From an uncultured archaeon (GTDB taxonomy: Archaea > Asgardarchaeota > Lokiarchaeia > Sigyniarchaeales > SOKP01), in contig CAZGJX010000070.1 in the NCBI GenBank assembly GCA_964525635.1, positions 1 to 22,957 of the forward strand: DNA of 22,957 nt, read 5' to 3'. This document shows positions 8,444-16,810 of the stretch, in pieces. The position numbers and the translations under genes were made by a program. Numbering within the stretch: position 1 is the first letter of the stretch; each line of letters begins with the position of its first letter. The notes under the pieces are model-generated. The model did no database searches and was not told the origin of the DNA. It saw nothing but the letters and a program-made list of their open reading frames with translations.

Positions 8444-11400
8444 ATGGTTATATTTTTTAAAAAATTGAAGAGTAAATATAAGAATTATATTTTAAATTCG
8501 GTATTAATCTTTAGTTTTATACTAATTATACTTTTATCAAATATAGGATTTCAGGAATTAAATATAAATAATAGAAATATTATTGAAAAAAATAAATGTC
8601 AAAAATCCAATGATTCGGATATAACAATTATTTCTCCAGCGAATATAACTTACAAAGAACCAATGGAAGGGTATTATGTGGGAACTTATTTTGGACCAGA
8701 TTTATTTTTATATGAAGAAAATTGGAATTATTACAATAATGGTATGTCTGTTTTTGCACGACCAATAGATTATTTGGATGGTCATTCTGATATAATACAA
8801 TTGGAAGATAATAGCTCAGAGGATACAATGGTAATGCAATACAGTGATGGAAATTTAAAGGGACATGGATCTTGTACTTTTTGGTTTAGAATTGAAAATT
8901 CTCTTTCAGGTAAAACAAGAATTTTTGAAGGATTTTATAACATTTCTTTAATTTTATTTAATCTTTGTATTAAAGATGGAGAATGGAAATGTGTTGATAA
9001 TAATTCTTATATTACAGTTCCAAATGTCCATGATCCAATATTAAATCATTGGTATCCAATACAAATAGATTGGTGTAGTGATGGAAGTAATTGGAAAGGA
9101 TTGAATGATAATCAATGGAGTATTGTAATTGATGATATATCTTCAGGTGTTTTAACTTATAACAATAGTCTAGATTATAATCCAATACACTTTAGAATGG
9201 TAACTGCTAATGATAATATAATTAATTATAGTATTTATTATGATGCTCTTAGTTTTAGTTGGGATCTTGGTTTTACTGAATTCAACTATTTAAATGAAGG
9301 ACTAGGATTAATAATGACAAGTAGTATGAGTTTTTATTGGATAAAGTATTCTTTAGATGGTCAACCAAATCGAACAATAATAACACTTAAAGGAAACACT
9401 ACAATTCCTTTACCCTCAAATGGATTACATTTCATTCAAATATTTGGAAACAACTCATGGGGAGAAATAGTACAATCAAATATAAATTATTTTACAATAG
9501 ATTATCATCCAATTAATTTAAACACTCCAGAATCTAAGGTTTATACAGAACCAATGGAAGGTCATTACATAGGTAGAGATTTTGATTTTTTTAGTTTATA
9601 TTATGCAACAAAGAATTCTTCAATATCCAAAGTAGCATCTTATAATTTCCATAATAATGTTTTATGCTTAAACATTACTGATGATTTTAAATCTTTATCA
9701 TTAACACATTTTTTTGAAAATGTTTCAGAAGAAGATGACATAATTGAGTTTTATTATCTTCCTGCTACTATAGGCCCTTTTTCTTCAGTGATTATATATA
9801 CTTGTGAAGGAACAAATGAACTTGTCAATATAAGATTCGGATGGAATTATGGAGATCTCGAATGTTATTATTCTGGTAAATATAATTTAATTGCAGATGG
9901 AATATTTATAGCAGAAAATTGGTACCATATTAAAATAGTTACTGATGATTCAGCAAATATGTATGATCTTTATATTAATGATTTAATAATTGGGAATAAT
10001 ATACCTTATCAAAATTTATCTATTGTTGGTCCAGACAGGATTGTAGTTGGGAGTACATCGTTAGGCGAGCCTTGTGAGTCATATATTGATGCTTTTGGAA
10101 TTCCAAGTAGAAATCCTTATTATTCAGAGGGGGATAATTTAAATGAAGGATTATTACTTAGTTATACAACATCATTACCATTTAAATGGATGGGTTATTC
10201 TTTAGATGGTCAAGCTAATCGAACTATTTCAGGAAATATAACAATTCCAATGCCCGCAGAGGGGCGACACAATATACAAGTATTTGGTAATACTACTTCA
10301 GGAACTTATTATACTTCTGATATAAGACAATTTATCATTAAAACGGGAATTATTGAAATAATTACACCTGAAGATATAATATATTCAGAACCAGATGAGG
10401 GTTATTATCCCGGGACCTATGGATTTGAAAATGATAATAATGGTGCTTTTCCTAGTGGTTGGGATGATATTACTACAGATCCTACTTATTGTGAAGTTAC
10501 TATTGAACCAGAATATAAAGGGCATAATAAAGTCTTAAGATTATATGATGGATATTCGGATTCAGGATGGACAAGTCATGCTGCTACTTGTGAAGTAAAT
10601 TTTTCAACAACAACAAAGAGTACTTTAGAATTCTGGTTTCTAAAAGCCAGTGGGACAACTAGTTGTGAGTTTCAAATACGGGAAAATGAAGATATTAAAA
10701 TCGACTTTGGAGTTGATCCAGCTAATAATGGACTATGGCAATGGAGAACATCATCAGGATGGATTGAGCTTCCCGAAGAATATTATCAGGATGATGAATG
10801 GATTCATGTAAGAGTTGATTTTGATTTGGTAAATGATATAGCTAATTTTACATTAAATAATGAAGTTGTTTTGATTGATGTAGATATCTACAATAATGTT
10901 GGAAATGTAAATAAAATTAGAATGGGTACAAATACAGGATGGGAAGGTGTAGTTTATTTTGATGCTTTTAGTGTCTCGTCTGATAGTAATTACAATATTG
11001 GTGATAATCTTAAAGAAGGATTATTACTTAGTTTTACAAACACAACACAGTTAGATTGGATGGGATATTCTTTAGATGGACAAGCTAATAAAACGATTTT
11101 AGGTAATACAACAATCCCAATGCCTGCGGATGGATCACATACCATTCAGGTTTTTGGGAACAATACTTCTGGAACGTATTACGCTTCAGATATACGACAA
11201 TTTACTGTAAGAGTAGGAGATATTGAGCTTATTACTCCGGAAGAAATAACATACACAGGACCAATGGCAGGTTATTATCCGAGTACGTATGGATTTGATA
11301 ATGAGATAGTAGGAGTTGAAGGAACTGCGATTTCATTTATTAATAGATTGTATTATACTTATGGTACAGTATATGCAAGAACTTATGAATCAGAAGATCA

Positions 11401-12493
11401 TCAAATCTGTTTAGAAATGTATGAAGGTAGTGCAACTGCAAAATTACAAATTCAAAATGATTTCAATACAACTGTAAATAATGGAACTATCGAATTTTGG
11501 TTGTATCCCTACCAAACAACTCATGCGGGATCTATCATGGTAACTGCTCCACAGGGCGGTGATAATGGAATTAAAGTACAATATGGTAGTGATGGAGGAT
11601 GGGAGTATTTTAATGGACAAGCATGGATAGATATCAATGGTGCTACATATTCAGCATTAACATGGCATCATATTAGAATTTCTTGGGATTGTGATGATAT
11701 CTACTATAAGTTGTATATTAATGGAGTGGATGTATCTATTGCTCATGGTGAGGAGTTGATTTATCAAGGCAATCCTAACGATTTTGATTCATTAGCTTAT
11801 CTCGAATTAGGTTATGGATATACAGAATATAGTATTGGAAAAGAATTAATTGATGCTATCGGATATTCATGGGATCCAAACTATAATCTTGGAGATAATT
11901 TAAATGAAGGACTATTCCTTAGTTTTACAAATACAACTCAGTTAGATTGGATGGGTTATTCCTTAGATGGAAAGACAAATAGAACAATATCAGGAAATAC
12001 AACAATCCCAATGCCACAAGATGGTCCACATATCATTCAGATATTTGGGAATAAAACATCAGGAACTTATTATGCTTCTAATATACGACATTTCATAATT
12101 GATACAACAACTCCAAATATCATTGGAATAGATTTTACTATAGAAATAGAACGAAATAGTATATGTGAGATACAGTGGACTTTACTGGAAGAAAATGGAG
12201 GATCTTATATTATATTAAAAGATAATCAAGTAGAAAGTATGGGAGTATTCAATAATAATGAGATAATTACAATTAAGGTGGATACATCCAAACAAGGATA
12301 TTTTAATTATACTATAATAGCTACAGATTCGTCAGGGAAATCTTCTAACCATTCTGTAATCATACATGTAAAATATAAAGATACCGAAGTGATAATACCC
12401 GGATATAATATAATCATCCTTATTACAATATCTTCTATCATTATATGGTTTATTACATGGATAATTAAACGAAATTCAAAAATAATAATTTGA
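8444..12493 (+). CDS. Large cell-surface glycoprotein paralog: 4 x (Ig-like frame + ConA/LamG-like insert), C-terminal Ig-like domain, Loki-CTERM-type signal
   Basis: ATG 8444 is preferred over TTG 8435 because MVIFFKKLKSKY aligns with MHRFFKKLKSKY of the paralog. Modules start at ~8621, 9512, 10352 and 11222. IPGY at 12395 is followed by a TM helix and KR tail. Confidence 0.85.
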   Translation: MVIFFKKLKSKYKNYILNSVLIFSFILIILLSNIGFQELNINNRNIIEKNKCQKSNDSDITIISPANITYKEPMEGYYVGTYFGPDLFLYEENWNYYNNGMSVFARPIDYLDGHSDIIQLEDNSSEDTMVMQYSDGNLKGHGSCTFWFRIENSLSGKTRIFEGFYNISLILFNLCIKDGEWKCVDNNSYITVPNVHDPILNHWYPIQIDWCSDGSNWKGLNDNQWSIVIDDISSGVLTYNNSLDYNPIHFRMVTANDNIINYSIYYDALSFSWDLGFTEFNYLNEGLGLIMTSSMSFYWIKYSLDGQPNRTIITLKGNTTIPLPSNGLHFIQIFGNNSWGEIVQSNINYFTIDYHPINLNTPESKVYTEPMEGHYIGRDFDFFSLYYATKNSSISKVASYNFHNNVLCLNITDDFKSLSLTHFFENVSEEDDIIEFYYLPATIGPFSSVIIYTCEGTNELVNIRFGWNYGDLECYYSGKYNLIADGIFIAENWYHIKIVTDDSANMYDLYINDLIIGNNIPYQNLSIVGPDRIVVGSTSLGEPCESYIDAFGIPSRNPYYSEGDNLNEGLLLSYTTSLPFKWMGYSLDGQANRTISGNITIPMPAEGRHNIQVFGNTTSGTYYTSDIRQFIIKTGIIEIITPEDIIYSEPDEGYYPGTYGFENDNNGAFPSGWDDITTDPTYCEVTIEPEYKGHNKVLRLYDGYSDSGWTSHAATCEVNFSTTTKSTLEFWFLKASGTTSCEFQIRENEDIKIDFGVDPANNGLWQWRTSSGWIELPEEYYQDDEWIHVRVDFDLVNDIANFTLNNEVVLIDVDIYNNVGNVNKIRMGTNTGWEGVVYFDAFSVSSDSNYNIGDNLKEGLLLSFTNTTQLDWMGYSLDGQANKTILGNTTIPMPADGSHTIQVFGNNTSGTYYASDIRQFTVRVGDIELITPEEITYTGPMAGYYPSTYGFDNEIVGVEGTAISFINRLYYTYGTVYARTYESEDHQICLEMYEGSATAKLQIQNDFNTTVNNGTIEFWLYPYQTTHAGSIMVTAPQGGDNGIKVQYGSDGGWEYFNGQAWIDINGATYSALTWHHIRISWDCDDIYYKLYINGVDVSIAHGEELIYQGNPNDFDSLAYLELGYGYTEYSIGKELIDAIGYSWDPNYNLGDNLNEGLFLSFTNTTQLDWMGYSLDGKTNRTISGNTTIPMPQDGPHIIQIFGNKTSGTYYASNIRHFIIDTTTPNIIGIDFTIEIERNSICEIQWTLLEENGGSYIILKDNQVESMGVFNNNEIITIKVDTSKQGYFNYTIIATDSSGKSSNHSVIIHVKYKDTEVIIPGYNIIILITISSIIIWFITWIIKRNSKIII

Positions 12494-12595
12494 AATATTT
12501 TTATTTTTCTTCTGATTTAAGTATATCGTTAAAATTTTAATCAAAAAATCGACTTTCTATAATTTAATTAATATAAAATACTTTTTGAGAAAATG

Positions 12596-12631
12596 AATAT
12601 TCAAAGTTGTCCCAATTAATTTTATTAGTTT
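12596..12631 (+). promoter_or_regulatory. Conserved promoter block, copy 3 (diverged)
   Basis: AATATTCAAAGttgTCCCAattaATTTTATtAGT aligns without gaps to copy 1. Confidence 0.65.
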
Positions 12632-12650
12632 TAAATGACAATTTTTAAAT

Positions 12651-14795
12651 GTGTATAATAGGATTTGCTATTTAAAAAAAAAAAACAACCATAGATCAAG
12701 ATTATACTTGAGTTTTTTGATATTAATCATAATTTCAATTTCTTCATTCAGAATTATAGAATTAAATATAAATCAAGAATTTAAAGAATCGTATAACAAT
12801 AAATTCCTTAATTCAAGTAATTCCAATTTAATCATACTAACTCCTGAAAATAAAACATATAATAAACCGGATAGAGGATACTTTCCCGGAACATATGGAT
12901 TTGAAAATCATGAAGATGGAACAAATGGATTAGACATAGATTTTATTAATGAATACTATAGCGCGGGATCTAATACAGATATTAAAATAATTGAAGATGA
13001 ACTTTTTGGACATAGAAATTATTTAAAAATAAGTGATTTAAATCCATCAAACAATACATGGGCGGTCCATTATTTAGATACTCCCCAATCTTATGGAACT
13101 CTTGAGTTTTATAATTGTTATAATAATAATGTTAGTGGTTCTACGATAAGACAACAAATTATGCAATTTAGAGCTTCAGATGATACTATAGCATTTCAAA
13201 TACAAATTAACCATCATAATGGAACCTTAAATTATTTTGATGGTACTGCTTGGCAATTAATCGCAAATACAAAAGCTAATATTTGGTACCATCATAAAGT
13301 TTTATTCGATTGTAATGCAGAAATGGGAAAATTTATATGGGTTATAAAGACAAAAGATGGTACAGAAATCGTTTATTTAGATAATATTGATTTTGAAAAT
13401 AATTTTAATGGAAGGACTATAGATGAAATTTATTTTGAAACCTCAATTCAAAGTCATGGAATAGAATCTTATTGGGATGCTTTTGGATATGTTTGGGATC
13501 CAAATTATAATTATGGAGAAAATCTTAATGAAGGGTTATTATTTAGTTATAGTTATATAAATACTACATTGTTAACTTGGACTGGATATTCTATAGATGG
13601 GGAAATGAATAAAACAATAACAGGGAATTTAACTATTCCTTTACCAATCGAAAATGGAAAACATTCTATCCAAATATTTGGTACCTTACTAAATGGCACT
13701 ACTCTCTCATCAGAAGAAAGAATTTTCTCCATTTTTATAACTTTTAATAATCCATCAAGTATAGATATTGTATTAATAACGATTATTATATTGAGTGTTG
13801 CAGGTGTTTCAATACCTTCAACATATCTAATAATTAATTATGAAATCAAAAGAAAAAGTCAGAAAAAAGAAAAACAAAAAGATAGGATAACTAAGGCTTA
13901 TATTAAAAGAAAATATCTAAATAAATATATTAAAATCAGAAAAAGTCAGAGATCTCAACTAAAAATAGATCTTAGTAAATTAAGTCCAATTCCTCAAGAA
14001 ATTCCCACGATTGATGAAAGTGAGAGCTTAGCTCATGAATATAGTGAAAAGATAATCCAAAAATTCATGGATGAGAAATGTCAGGATTTTGTTGATCAAT
14101 GTGCAATGCATAAAGAGAGCTTTGATGGTCCAGGATATGAATGTTATGAATGTCATACAAAATTTTGTGTGAAATGTGCATTTACTTTAGCTGAAAAAAA
14201 CGTGGGATGTATAGTATGCGGTAAACCAATCCCAATCTTATTTAAAAATAAAAAACAAAAAAAAGCTTTAATAAAAGCAGAAACAAATGATATTATTCAA
14301 ATATTCAATTCTAATTTGAACAATATTTTTAAAAGTGAGAAAATTATGGAGAAATTTACTCAATCAGATATGAATTTAACATTTTTTGATAAAGATTTTT
14401 ATAAAAAAGTGAGAAAATTAGAATTAAATGAAAGTGAAAAACAATTATTTATTGAAGATATGATAGGTTTAACACCAAAAGAAAGATTTGATATAATAGA
14501 GAAAATGCTAGAAAGATCAGAAGAACCTAAAATTGATAATGTGGATGAAAAAATCCTCCAATATAGTCAAATCGAGGAAGATATTCAGAAGATTTTTGAA
14601 AGTAAAAATCCATTAGAAACAATTGATCAATCAAAAAATATAAATTTAACATTCTTTGATAAAAACTTTTATGATGAGTTAAAAGAATTAGAATTGGATG
14701 AAGAAGAGAAAAAAGAATTTGTTAAAGACATGCTAAGTCTTACTCCAAAAGAAAGAATACAATTTCTAAAAAAAATGAAAAAACAATCACAATAA
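12651..14795 (+). CDS. Receptor-like membrane protein: Ig/ConA-like ectodomain, TM helix, cytoplasmic RING-like Zn finger, duplicated helical domain
   Basis: Signal/anchor, then one module (~12828-13745), a TM helix IVLITIIILSVAGVSIPSTYLII and a K/R-rich juxtamembrane stretch. C-x2-H-x10-C-x2-C-x4-C-x2-C-x10-C-x2-C spans 14100-14219. Two copies of NLTFFDK.FY....LEL.E.EK..F..DM..LTPKER......M start at 14373 and 14643. Confidence 0.8.
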   Translation: MYNRICYLKKKNNHRSRLYLSFLILIIISISSFRIIELNINQEFKESYNNKFLNSSNSNLIILTPENKTYNKPDRGYFPGTYGFENHEDGTNGLDIDFINEYYSAGSNTDIKIIEDELFGHRNYLKISDLNPSNNTWAVHYLDTPQSYGTLEFYNCYNNNVSGSTIRQQIMQFRASDDTIAFQIQINHHNGTLNYFDGTAWQLIANTKANIWYHHKVLFDCNAEMGKFIWVIKTKDGTEIVYLDNIDFENNFNGRTIDEIYFETSIQSHGIESYWDAFGYVWDPNYNYGENLNEGLLFSYSYINTTLLTWTGYSIDGEMNKTITGNLTIPLPIENGKHSIQIFGTLLNGTTLSSEERIFSIFITFNNPSSIDIVLITIIILSVAGVSIPSTYLIINYEIKRKSQKKEKQKDRITKAYIKRKYLNKYIKIRKSQRSQLKIDLSKLSPIPQEIPTIDESESLAHEYSEKIIQKFMDEKCQDFVDQCAMHKESFDGPGYECYECHTKFCVKCAFTLAEKNVGCIVCGKPIPILFKNKKQKKALIKAETNDIIQIFNSNLNNIFKSEKIMEKFTQSDMNLTFFDKDFYKKVRKLELNESEKQLFIEDMIGLTPKERFDIIEKMLERSEEPKIDNVDEKILQYSQIEEDIQKIFESKNPLETIDQSKNINLTFFDKNFYDELKELELDEEEKKEFVKDMLSLTPKERIQFLKKMKKQSQ

Positions 14796-14987
14796 TATTT
14801 TTATATATAAAATTTTATTAAAATAACAATGGAAATCCGATTAAGTTAATTTATATTAATCTATACAATTTAATATATATCATATTACAAATTAAAATAA
14901 CAATTTCAAATTAAATATAAAATATATCTATAATTAATATAAGTATAATATTATCCGAAATTGACAACTAGGAATATAGAATGTATT

Positions 14988-15635
14988 ATGGCACTTGATA
15001 TAAAAGAATATGAAGATACAGTTTTAGACTATATTATAGAATATCTAAATAAGAATAGATATATAGAACTTAAAAAACTGATTCCCTATATCAAGTCTAG
15101 AGTTATCAAAACTGAAACAAACCTAAATGAAGATGGAATTTTAATAATCCTTAAATCCTTATTCAAACAGAATTTAATTGTTGAAGGTTCAAAATTAACA
15201 AAAATCAATGTATTAGAGCGCCCGCCTCTTAGGAAAAAAATATATAATTATATTAAGAGTAATCCAGGTGTTTATTATTCAAAAATATTACAAGAATTTA
15301 ATATCGGTCGGCAATCTGCTACTTGGCATCTTGAAATGTTAATTAAATTTTCTATAATAAATGAATTCAGAATTGATAATCATTTGGTGTATCATGAAAT
15401 ATCAATAGATCCATTAGAAGTTGAAAAAGCTTTTTATCTCTCAAATGATAAAGCAAAACAAATTCTTGATTATTTTGATGAAAATGGAGCTGATGGTCTT
15501 AATAAGTCTGAAATATCAACAAACCTTAATATGCATTTAAACACAGTTAAAAAATACCTTAAAAAATTAGTAGAATTTGATATTATTTTAAAGAAAAAAA
15601 TCTCAAATAGATATCTCTATTTTATCAATAAGTAA
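14988..15635 (+). CDS. Winged helix-turn-helix transcriptional regulator (tandem ArsR/MarR-like wHTH, probably three wHTH units)
   Basis: RKKIYNYIKSNPG..YSKI.....IGRQSATWHLEML.KF.II and ILDYF.....GLNKSEISTNLNMHLNTVKKYLKKLVEFDII are wHTH-like. The N-terminal part also ends in a wHTH-like LKSLFKQNLIVEG. ATG 14988 is chosen over TTG 14961 (uncertain). Confidence 0.85.
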   Translation: MALDIKEYEDTVLDYIIEYLNKNRYIELKKLIPYIKSRVIKTETNLNEDGILIILKSLFKQNLIVEGSKLTKINVLERPPLRKKIYNYIKSNPGVYYSKILQEFNIGRQSATWHLEMLIKFSIINEFRIDNHLVYHEISIDPLEVEKAFYLSNDKAKQILDYFDENGADGLNKSEISTNLNMHLNTVKKYLKKLVEFDIILKKKISNRYLYFINK

Positions 15636-15735
15636 AAAAAAAAAAATTTTAAATAATATTTAGATATACTAGGGAATTTTTAGGAGAATTCTGAAAATCT
15701 TACAACAATTTTTGAATTACTGATTCTATTTCTTT

Positions 15736-15969
15736 TTAAGTAGAAAGTATTTCTTTTTCCTTTATTAAAGATTTTTCTTCTTCTGTATTTCTTCGAGTGA
15801 TATAAGGATAATCATCAATAACCTGAAAATATTCAGGATATGCAAGTTTCCAACCTCGATTTTTAAAAATCTTCTTTCTTATCTTTCTTGTATGTAAAAT
15901 TTTTCTACTTATTCTGTTTCGTGCGTATTTCCCTTTTTTTATTTTCTGTTTGTTTGCTTTTATTGACAT
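15736..15969 (-). CDS. Small, very basic hypothetical protein
   Basis: 77 aa with a K/R-rich N-terminal half. It is co-oriented 73 nt downstream of the 255-aa gene and has an SD-like GAGGTG at 15996-15991. Confidence 0.6.
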   Translation of the reverse strand: MSIKANKQKIKKGKYARNRISRKILHTRKIRKKIFKNRGWKLAYPEYFQVIDDYPYITRRNTEEEKSLIKEKEILST

Positions 15970-16042
15970 GCTAATCCTTCATGGATTAGACACCTCGATT
16001 TTGATTATTATGATATTATTATCATTTTATTGAGAAAATGGT

Positions 16043-16810
16043 TTAATCAATCCATTTTATTCCATTTCTTAGTAAATTTGAGCTCGTGGATGATGCTCTT
16101 GTTTCATTATTTCTAATAACTCTATACCAACCGTGTAATTTTAATATCTTATGTTCTATATGATTTATTTTTCCATTTACAAATACCTTATCTTCAATTT
16201 TTAATATTTGATCAGCTATATGGTGATTTCCTGGTCCAGAACCAATTCTCTTTTTCTTTTCAATATTTATATAATTTTCATTTATAAAATCTTGTTCACT
16301 ATGAGTCGTAGGAATAAAAAACCATTCACCTTGTCTTTTAGTTCTATTTAAATTCTTATCCTTTTTAGTCATTTTTTGTGGTTTTAAAATTCTATGAGCA
16401 TCTTTAACATTTTTAATTGGAATTGCAGATTTAGGTAATTCGGCAATAAAAAGATGCTTTTCATCAAATCCACATAAATATTTTCTAATACTATCAGGAG
16501 TTTTTTGAAGTTCTTCGATATACTCTCTTTTATCGAAATCCCATCTTTTAACCATATATTTCCTCTCAGGTTCTTTTACCAACAAGATCAATTGTTGTTT
16601 ATTGGAATCTACGTCAATAACTTGTACAATACTTTCTTTATGACCTTTGAATATTCTAAAGTATTCTTTTATCTTTTTTTTTCCTTGAGTAAGTATTGAC
16701 ATTTGAAAGATATCATTATTATTTACAGCACCTCTAACGGAACTTAAAGGTCTTTTTTCGACTTCAATAGGTAATCTTGCTTTGTTAAACCATAATTCTA
16801 AATTCTGCAT
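16043..16810 (-). CDS. Conserved hypothetical protein with a C-terminal RQG(D/E)/His-rich domain
   Basis: RQGEWFFIP...GNHH...HIEH..LKLHGWYRVIRNNE resembles the uncharacterised 'RQGD...H..HxEH...GxYxV' protein family. The N-terminal part contains YLCGFDEKHLFIAELP. Confidence 0.7.
   Translation of the reverse strand: MQNLELWFNKARLPIEVEKRPLSSVRGAVNNNDIFQMSILTQGKKKIKEYFRIFKGHKESIVQVIDVDSNKQQLILLVKEPERKYMVKRWDFDKREYIEELQKTPDSIRKYLCGFDEKHLFIAELPKSAIPIKNVKDAHRILKPQKMTKKDKNLNRTKRQGEWFFIPTTHSEQDFINENYINIEKKKRIGSGPGNHHIADQILKIEDKVFVNGKINHIEHKILKLHGWYRVIRNNETRASSTSSNLLRNGIKWID

Noticed and set aside
6316-8828. Short minus-strand ORFs 6316-6504, 7009-7212 and 8628-8828
   Set aside because: All lie entirely antisense within well-supported surface protein genes.
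8290-12493. TGA stops of the two surface genes as selenocysteine read-through (Lokiarchaeia use Sec)
   Set aside because: Both come after a complete sorting signal and hit TAA within about ten codons. There is no selenoprotein context or recognisable SECIS.
13851-13950. 13-bp direct repeat AGAAAAAGTCAGA at 13851 and 13938 as a target-site duplication
   Set aside because: Both copies are in frame within a K/R-rich linker (RKSQ twice), with no mobile element ends.
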